A DNA stretch of 28,783 nt from Chiloscyllium plagiosum. Lineage: Eukaryota. Position numbers and translations under genes: made by a program. Where the stretch lies: NCBI RefSeq assembly GCF_004010195.1, contig NC_057720.1, forward strand, positions 3,733,497 through 3,762,279, in the 5' to 3' direction. Shown piece by piece: positions 21,690 to 28,783 of this stretch; position 1 is the first letter of the stretch, and each line of letters opens with the position of its first letter. The notes below the pieces were generated by a model that was not told the DNA's origin, searched no databases, and saw only the letters and a list, made by a program, of their open reading frames with translations.

Positions 21690-22230
21690 TGGAACAGGCC
21701 ACATTTAGAGTGTTGTGAACAATTTTGGGGCCCATATCTCAGGAAGGATACACTGGGTCCAGAGGAGGTTCACAAGAATAGTCCCAGCTATGAAAGGTTT
21801 AACATATTAGAAGCATTTGAGGATCCTGGGTTTATATCAGTGGAGTTTAGAAGGATGAGGGGAGAGCTGATTGAAATTTACTGAACAGCTTGGACAGAGT
21901 GGATGTTGGGAAGATGTTCCCATTGGCAGGAGAGACTAGGACCCGAGGGTACAGCCTTAGAATAAAGGGAAGACCCTATAGAACAGAGATAAGAAGAAAC
22001 TTCTTCAGACAGAGAGTGGAGAATCTATGGAATTTATTGCCACAGAAGGCTGTGGAGGCCAGGTCATTGAGCATATTTAAGACTGAGATAGATAGGTTCT
22101 TGATTGTCAAGGGGAATCAAGGGTTGCATGGAGAAAGTGGGTGAATGGGGTTGAAAAATTTGTGATTCAGTGGCAGAGCAGACTGAGGCTGAATGGCCTT
22201 ATTTCTGCTCCTATGTCTTATGTTTTTATG
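21690..22230 (+). mobile_element. CR1-type LINE 3' end
   Basis: ORF 21890..22144 DRVDVGKMFPLAGETRTRGYSLRIKG..RRNFFRQRVENLWNLLP. Tail CTATGTCTTATG. Confidence 0.88.
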
Positions 22231-22799
22231 GAATAGTAACTATCAAGGCTGCACTGTTTCATAATACATTGGTAGATCAAAACATAACTGACAGCACAGG
22301 AGCAGGCCAGTTACTCCATCATCCATGTCCAATTTTCATATGAGCAATTTAACCTCCCCACCTTCCGTCACCTTTTCCCTGCCACTCTCTAAGACCATAA
22401 GACCATAAGGAGCGGATGTACAGCAGTCAGCAAATTTACAGGATTACATTGAAACAGCAGCAAAATGGCACCTAGTCATGATGCTCACAGGCAGTGCAGA
22501 TATGATGGGCTGAATGGCCTTAATTTTAACCATAACAATTCTGTGATTCTGTCCAGATCTCATGATTTTGAACACCTTGATCAAACCTCCTCTTTGCCTT
22601 CTAGTCTCTAAGCATCATAACCTCAAATTTTCTAATCTATCCACAGAACCAGGTGTTGTTTAGATGTTACAAATGTGTGTGTGTATACGTATGCGCTTGT
22701 GTGCGTGTGCATTGGGGTATTTCTATGGGTCTGCGGGAAGTGGTTTATATAAAGGAGGGTGGTGTGTACATGGTGTTCTTTAATATTTGTTTATGTGCA

Positions 22800-23085
22800 T
22801 CACCGGCTGGAATACCATTTATTGCCCATCCCTCATTGTTTTTGAGAAGAAGGTGGTGATGAGCTGTCTTCCTGGAATGCTTCCAATTACGAGGAAACCC
22901 ATAATGTCCTGAGGGAGGGAATTTCAGGATTTTGACCCAGCGACACTGAAGGAGCGGTGATATACTTCCAAGTCAGAATGATGAGTGCTTGAAGATGGGT
23001 GGTGTTCCCATGTACTTGCTGCCCTTGTCCTTCTAGAGATGTCTCGCTATTGGAGAAGTTATGGGTTTGAGAGATGCTGTCAGAG
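22800..23085 (-). mobile_element. LINE 3' end of another family, with a tail similar to the SINE at 10760-11612
   Basis: CATTTATTGCCCATCCCT is the reverse of an AGGGATGGGCAATAAATG tail. Reverse coding remnant ILTWKYITAPS in ORF 22887..23171. Confidence 0.55.
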
Positions 23086-23331
23086 TAACGTGTGAGTGTG
23101 GAGGTGTGAGCGGACATGGAGGATGGATACTGGGCTGTCAGTGAACAAAGATACACTTTGACCCTGCTCATGCATTAAGATCATTGATAAAAGAGGTGGC
23201 TGTGGGACTGTGTCTTGCAGAGTTACATGGGTGGAGGTTATCACAGGAAGTGATAAAAGTTGGGTGCATTCTTAACACTGGAAGCCAATTTTCAACTCAT
23301 GGGCAAAGAAACTGAAATGGGAATTACTCAC

Positions 23332-23462
23332 TGTAACATCTTCTCTCCAAATCGCAAAGGTCCAACCTCCTACAGTCAAAATAATATCTCGGAAGAATGG
23401 TGACGTTTGCACTGTGTTTACAGGACCATCATGCACTGGATAGCAATGAGTTGGTCTTGGGG
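23332..23462 (-). CDS. DNAI3: DNAI3/WDR63 internal coding exon (most 5' exon in this window)
   Basis: Acceptor aatattacAG, donor GTGAGT, 131 nt, phase 1-0: PRPTHCYPVHDGPVNTVQTSPFFRDIILTVGGWTFAIWREDVT. Matches WDR63 HDG..SPF..DIILTVGGW..AIW. Not in the ORF track. Confidence 0.95.
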
Positions 23463-23589
23463 CTGTAATATTGACACATATCCCATGTTAAATACAAGTA
23501 TGTTATAACAAATTCAGATTTTCACCAAAGAAAAAACACATTGAGTGCATTTAGCTCCAAAATTTGGCAAGTCCAGTATTTCTCAATAC

Positions 23590-23687
23590 AGTGTGGATGC
23601 TGGAAATCTGAAACAATGCTGGAGAAACTCAGCAGCTCTGGCAGCATCTGTGTGTATGTGAGAGAGAAACAGAGTTAACATTCTGAG
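23590..23687 (-). mobile_element. Old PLE terminal fragment (continues at 24373-24405)
   Basis: GGATGCTGGAAATCTGAAAC..GCTGGAGAAACTCAGCAG..GGCAGCATCTGTG..AGAGTTAACATT, split by the younger PLE. Confidence 0.65.
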
Positions 23688-24372
23688 CTGAAAGTGTGTT
23701 GCTGGAAAAGCGCAGCAGGTCAGGCAGCATCCAGGGAACAGGAGAATCGACGTTTCGGGCATGAGCCCTTCTTCAGGAATGAGGAAAATGTGCCAAGCAG
23801 GCTAAGATAAAGGGTAGGGAGGAGGGACTTGGGGGAGGAGCGTTGGAAATGCAATAGGTGGAAGGAGGTCAAGGTGNNNNNNNNNNNNNNNNNNNNNNNN
23901 NNNNNNNNNNNNNNNNNNNNNNNNNNNNNNNNNNNNNNNNNNNNNNNNNNNNNNNNNNCCCAGAGGTGTTCTCTGAAACGTTCCGCAAGTAGGCGGCCTG
24001 TCTCTCCAATATAGAGGAGGCCACATCGGGTACAGCTGATGCAGTAAATGATGTGTGTGGAGGTGCAGGTGAATTTGTGGCGGATATGGAAGGATCCCTT
24101 GGGGCCTTGGAGGGAAGTAAGGGGGGAGGTTTGGGCGCAAGTTTTGCATTTCTTGCGGTTGCAGGGGAAGGTGCCGGGAGTGGAGGTTGGGTTGGTGGGG
24201 GGTGTGGACCTGACGAGTGAGTCACGGAAGGAGTGGGCTTTTCGGAAAGCTGATAGGGGAGGGGAGGGAAATATATCCCTGGTGGTGGGGTCCGTTTGGA
24301 GGTGGCAGAAATGACGGCGGATGATGCGATGTATATGGAGGTTGGTGGGGTGGTAGGTGAGGACCAGTGGGG
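23688..24372 (-). mobile_element. 5'-truncated Penelope-like element (probably Neptune type) with GIY-YIG endonuclease
   Basis: Stop-free frame 24372 to 23960: PLVLTYHP..AFRKAHSFRDSLVRS..GTFPCNRKKCKTC..FTCTSTHIIYCISCTRCGLLYIGETGRLLAERFREHLW. TSD TAACATTC(T/C)GAG at 23676-23687 and 24373-24384. Contains an N gap. Confidence 0.92.
23745..23780 (-). ncRNA. Minimal type I hammerhead ribozyme motif
   Basis: ATTC-CTGAAGA-AGGGC.TCAT.GCCC-GAAAC-GTC-GATT, intact core. Confidence 0.8.
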
Positions 24373-24614
24373 TAACATTCCGAGTCTTGAATGAACCTTT
24401 TTCAGTGTTACTGGTAAATCTTCACAATCAAATTCATTCCATCTTAAAATAAAAAGTTCACTTCTAATGATTGGGTACATGTGGCTGAAAAGAGTTGGAT
24501 GTAATTGTGATTAAACAACATGTGCATTTTCATATTTTTGTCTTTACCTTTCCATGGCAGGGGCAACATTTGCTGCTGAATTCTATTGCTCCTGGAATGA
24601 AGTGGCTTGCAAAA

Positions 24615-24870
24615 CATTTTCAGAGGGCAGTTAAGAGTCAACCATTTATCTGCAGGGAAGGAGTCACATGGAGGCCATACCAGGAAAGGATGGCAGTTTC
24701 CTTCCCCAAAAGGAATTAGTGAACCAGATGGGTTTTTACATTAACTGAAGACTGGTCACCATCAAAGAGATTAGGTCTATAGTCCAGATTTTGTTAAAGG
24801 CATTTAAATACCAACAGCTACTGTGGTGAGATTTGAACCTTTGCCCCAGAGCGTTAACTAGGGTTTCTTG
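24615..24870 (-). mobile_element. tRNA-headed SINE, same family as 10760-11612
   Basis: GGGCAGTTAAGAGTCAACCA..GGAGTCACATG..GGATGGCAGTTTCC and reverse B box GTGAGATTTGAACC at ~24827-24840. Confidence 0.6.
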
Positions 24871-24904
24871 ATGATGAGCCAAAGGACAGAGACTAATGTT
24901 ATGT

Positions 24905-25250
24905 TAAGACCATAAATACAGAATTAGGCCATTCGACCCATCGAGTCTGCTCCACTATTCAATCATGGCTGATATATTTCTCAACCCCATTCTCCTGCCT
25001 TCTTCCTGTAACCTTGATCCCTTTACCAATCTGTCTTAAATACACTCAATGACTTGGCCCGCACAGTCTTCTGTGGTGATACGTTCCACAGCTTCCCCAC
25101 CCTCTGGGTTGAAGAAATTCCTCCTCATCTCAGTTCTAAAGGGTATCCCCTTCACTCTGAGGCTGTGCCCTCAGGTCCTGGTCTCTCTGCTCATGGAAAC
25201 ACCTTCTCCAAGTCCACTCTCTACCCAGGCCTCTCAGTATTCTGGAAGTG
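24905..25250 (-). mobile_element. CR1-type LINE 3' end
   Basis: Reverse tail and reverse RRNFFNPEGG..WN region (GAAGAAATTCCTCCTCATCTCAGTTC). Confidence 0.75.
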
Positions 25251-26322
25251 TCAATAAAGTTTGAATAGCATTGAAACAGCACACATGCTGATGAAGTAAT
25301 TTAGTATGAGTTCCATGAAAATAAATGAAGTGAGATTACCTAACCAGCTGTAAGCTAGGAACTAAATAAATAAGTGGTTGCCTTTGTTGCAAAGCATAGG
25401 TTAACCTATTAAATCCACCAAATGCTAGGGTTTCCCATCAATTGTTGGAAATGTTTATCTGTACAATCAAACTATTGTGCATAGACCTTCAAATAATTAT
25501 ATAGCTCAGCATGTCTGCAAGCATGTGAAAGTGGATGAAATAATGATGCACCCACCAGCTGGAACTCCGTCCATGCCAGCACTGTAGGTGTTCCTGCAGT
25601 TCAAGAAGGCAGTTCACCACAACCTTCTCCAAGTAATACATGCTGGTTTGGCCAGAGATACCACACATCACATTAGAACATAGAACATAGAACAGTACAG
25701 CATAGGAACCGGCCCTTCGGTCCATGATGTTGTATTAAACATGATGCCAAATGAAACTAATCACTTGGTCCATATCCTTCCATTCTTTGCATATTCATGT
25801 GTTTATCTGAAAGTCCCTTAAAACCCCATATTGTATCTGTCTCCACCACCACCCCGGTAGTGTGTTCCACATCCTCCCACTCTCTGTGTAAAAAACCTGC
25901 TCCTCACATCACCTTTGAACTTTCTCCCTCTCATCTTAAATGCATGTCCCCTAAGTTTTAGACATTTCAAAAACATTCTGACCATCAAACCTATCTACGC
26001 ATCTCATAATTTTATAAACTTCCATCAAGTCTCCCCTCAGCCCCTGCCGCTCTCGAGAAAACAACCCGAGTTTCTCGAGCCTCTCCTTATAGCTCATACG
26101 CTCTAATCCAGGCAGCATTCTGGTAAACCTCCTCTGCACTCTCTCCAAAGCCTCCATATTCTTCCTGTAATGTGGCGACCAGAATTGAACACAATACTCT
26201 CAGTGTGGCCTAACCAAAGGCTTATAAAGCTGCAGCATGACATCCTGACTCTTGTACTCAATTCCCTGACCAATAAAGGCAAGCATGTCATATATCATAT
26301 TGACCAACCTGTCTACTTACAT

Positions 26323-26730
26323 CGCCAGACCACAACAACACGACGGTTGGAGGAAGAACGCCTCATCTTCTGCCTAGGAACCCTCCAACCACAAGGGATG
26401 AACTCGGATTTCACCAGTTTCCTCATTCCCCCTCCCCCCACCTTGTCTCAGTCAAATCCATCGAATTCAGCACCGCCTTCCTAACCTGCAATCTTCTTCC
26501 TGACCTCTCCGCCCCCACCCCAGTCTGACCTATCACCCTCACCTTGACCTCTTTCCACCTATCACATTTCCGACGCCCCTCCCCCAAGTCCCTCCTCCCT
26601 ACCTTTTATCTTAGCCTGCTGGACAAACTTTCCTCATTCCTGAAGAAGGGCTTATGCCCGAAACGTCGATTCTCCTGTTCCCTGGATGCTGCCTGATCTG
26701 CTGCGCTGTTCCAGCAACACATTTTCAGCG
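26323..26730 (+). mobile_element. 5'-truncated PLE (GIY-YIG C-terminus plus 3' terminal repeat)
   Basis: RQTTTTRRLEEERLIFCLGTLQPQGMNSDFTSF. Perfect 14-bp TSD CTGTCTACTTACAT at 26309-26322 and 26731-26744. 3' part is homologous to 23688-23876. Confidence 0.92.
26636..26671 (+). ncRNA. Minimal type I hammerhead ribozyme motif
   Basis: ATTC-CTGAAGA-AGGGC.TTAT.GCCC-GAAAC-GTC-GATT; GUC triplet at 26665-26667. Confidence 0.8.
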
Positions 26731-26976
26731 CTGTCTACTTACATGACCACTTTCAGGAAACTATGGACTTGAACCCCAAACTCCCTCTTGCTGTTCAAAG
26801 TCCTGCCATTAACTGTATGCTTTGATCTCTCAAAGTGCAGCACCTCACACTTACCAGGATTAAACTTCATTCTCCATCCATATATGCGACTGATTTATGT
26901 CCCGCTGTATCACTTGACAACCTTCTACAATATCCACAACTCCACCAATCTTTGTATCATCTGCAAACTTACTAAC

Positions 26977-27440
26977 CCAAGGGTTCAGAAAAGATTTCCA
27001 AGGATCTTGCCAGGGTTGGAGGATTTGAGCTATAGGGAGAGGCTGAACAGGCTGGGGCTGTTTTCCCTGGAGCGTCGGAGGCTGAGGGGTATGGATAGGG
27101 TAAATAGGCAAAGTCTTTTCCCCTGGGGTCAGGGAGTCCAGAACTAGAGGGCATAGATTTAGGGTGAGGGCGGAAAGATATAAAAGAGACTTACGGGGCA
27201 ACTTTTTCACGCAGAGGGTGGTAAATGTATGGAATGAGCTGCCAGAGGAAGTGGTGGAGGCTGGTACAATTGCAACATTTAAGAGGCATTTGGATGGATA
27301 TATGAATAGGAAGGGTTTGGAGGGATATGGGCCGGGTGCTGGCAGGTGGGACTAGATTGGGTTGGGACATCTGGTCAGCATGGACGAGTTGGACCGAAAG
27401 GTCTGTTTCCATGTTGTACATCTCTATGACTCTATGACTC
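26977..27440 (+). mobile_element. Young CR1/HER1-like 3' end inserted antisense into the older CR1
   Basis: RVQKRFPRILPGLEDLSYRERLNRLGLFSLERRRLRG..FTQRVVNVWNELPEEVV, tail CTATGACT x2. Confidence 0.92.
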
Positions 27441-27721
27441 ATCAACATTTATATATAACACAAACAACAGAGGTCTCAGTGTGGATCCCACTAGTCATGC
27501 ACCTCCAGCCTGGGAAACACTTTTCCACCTCTACCCTCTGCCTTCTATGAGCAAGCCAATTCTGGATCCACACGGCCAGGTCACCGTGGATCCCATGCAT
27601 CTTGATCTTCTGGATGAGCCTACCATGAGGGACCTTGTGGAAAGCCTGACTAAAATCCATGCAGTTGAAACTTTATTGCTGGAACAGCACAGCAGGTCAG
27701 GCAGCATCCAGGGAACAGGAG

Positions 27722-27757
27722 ATTCGACGTTTCGGGCACAGGCCCTTCTTCAGGAAT
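27722..27757 (-). ncRNA. Minimal type I hammerhead ribozyme motif (left arm)
   Basis: Exact reverse complement of 27794-27829. Confidence 0.8.
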
Positions 27758-27793
27758 GAGCAGAGAGTGTTCAGCAGGAGAAACTCTCTGCTC

Positions 27794-27829
27794 ATTCCTG
27801 AAGAAGGGCCTGTGCCCGAAACGTCGAAT
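27794..27829 (+). ncRNA. Minimal type I hammerhead ribozyme motif (right arm)
   Basis: ATTC-CTGAAGA-AGGGC.CTGT.GCCC-GAAAC-GTC-GAAT: stem I ATTC/GAAT, stem II GGGC/GCCC, palindromic ACGT. Confidence 0.82.
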
Positions 27830-28536
27830 CTCCTGTTCCCTGGATGCTGCCTGACCTGCTGTGCTGTTCCAGCAATAAAGTTTCAACTTTGATCTCCAGC
27901 ATCTGCAGACCTCACTTTCTCCTCTAAAATCCATGCAGACAATATCTACTGCTCTACCGACATCGATCACCTTTGCCACCTCCTTGTAAAATTTAATCAA
28001 GTTAGTAAGACATGTCCTGCCCTGCACAAAGCCATGCTGACTCTCCTTAATTAGACCATGTTTTTCCAAATATCTTAAATCCTATCACTAAGAATTCTTT
28101 CCAACAGCTTCCTCATCACCGATGTGAGACTCACCAGTTTATAGTTTCCTGGATTATCCCTATTTCTCTTCTTGAATGAGGAACGACATTCACTAATCCC
28201 CAGTCCTCTGGGACATCTCCAGTGGCTAGTGTAGATACAAAGATCTTGGTCAACAATTTGGGGTAGATACCATCAGACCCTGGTGACTTATCCACCTTAA
28301 TGCTCTTCGAGCAACCCAACACCATTTCTTTCATGATCTCAAAGTCCTGCAGCATATTATCATGCTGCACACTAATCTCACTATCCTGCATATCCTTCTC
28401 CTGGGTGAATACTGATATAAAGTACTCATTTAGGATCTCACCCACATCCTGTGTCTCTAAGCACAAGAACCCTCCTTTATTCTTTATCCTACCTTCTCTC
28501 AAGTTATCCTTTTGTTTTAAGGATACAAAAACGCAA

Positions 28537-28783
28537 ATAGAGTCATAGAGTCATTGAGATGTACAGCACAGAAACAGACCCTTTGGTCCAACCTGTCTAT
28601 GCTGACCAGATATCCCAACCCGATCTAGTCCCACCTGCCAGCACTGGCCCATATCCCTCCAAACCCTTCGTATTCATATACCCATCCAAATGCCTCTTAA
28701 ATGTTGTACCAGCCTCCACCACTTCCTCTGGCAGCTCATTCCATACACGTACCACCCTCTGCGTGAAAACATTGCCCTAGGTC
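28537..28783 (-). mobile_element. CR1/HER1-like 3' end running off the window
   Basis: Reverse of the 27190-27440 sequence, starting ATAGAGTCATAGAGTCA. Confidence 0.9.

Larger units (their letters stand above)
27663..27924. mobile_element. Young fold-back PLE derivative with two intact HHR motifs
   Basis: TSD (C)TAAAATCCATGC(AG) at 27650-27664 and 27924-27938, duplicating the CR1 MDF codons. Perfect 106-bp arms at 27663-27768 and 27783-27888, 14-nt loop, 36-nt tail at 27889-27924. Confidence 0.95.
25672..28520 (-). mobile_element. Long CR1 LINE ORF2 remnant with three nested insertions
   Basis: Collinear pieces: GEILNEYF..KSPGSDGIYP..GDVPEDW; SQHGFVQGRTCLTNL..VDIVCMDF/SQAFHKVPH; SKFADDTKIGG; LERVQRRFTRMLPGL; tail of TAGAACA repeats at 25673-25694. 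Confidence 0.92.

Noticed and set aside
23802..24480. Listed ORFs 23802..24149 and 23869..24480 as the PLE protein
   Set aside because: They are in the wrong frames. The GIY-YIG motif is in the third minus frame, which has no start codon.
23463..28783. Further upstream DNAI3 exons
   Set aside because: No WDR63-like peptide with splice sites was found in the non-repeat gaps; the next exon is probably beyond the window.

Overview
Eukaryotic, vertebrate DNA with two assembly gaps (N runs at 710-1209 and 23877-23958). The repeats (HE1-like V-SINEs, CR1/HER1-like LINEs, Penelope-like elements) point to a cartilaginous fish, probably a shark; this is inferred from recalled repeat families. The only host gene I can support is the 3' end of DNAI3 (WDR63, axonemal dynein intermediate chain). 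Its last five coding exons lie on the minus strand (23332-23462, 19990-20194, 12388-12479, 9244-9354, 6603-6719), all GT-AG and in phase, giving 217 complete codons plus a stop. The rest is intronic or downstream repeat: many CR1 fragments, SINEs, a ~5.7 kb complex minisatellite and about ten Penelope-like element (PLE) pieces carrying minimal hammerhead ribozyme (HHR) motifs. Two observations stand out. (i) Short non-coding, TSD-flanked fold-back PLE derivatives, two of which have identical ends, perfect ~100 bp arms, an HHR in each arm and a 36-nt one-sided tail. (ii) A tRNA-Arg(ACG)-HE1 SINE chimera that appears to have retroposed as one unit. The PLE-HHR link and inverted PLE ends are known in general, so novelty of these particular units needs a library search. 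All family names come from recall, not from a search.
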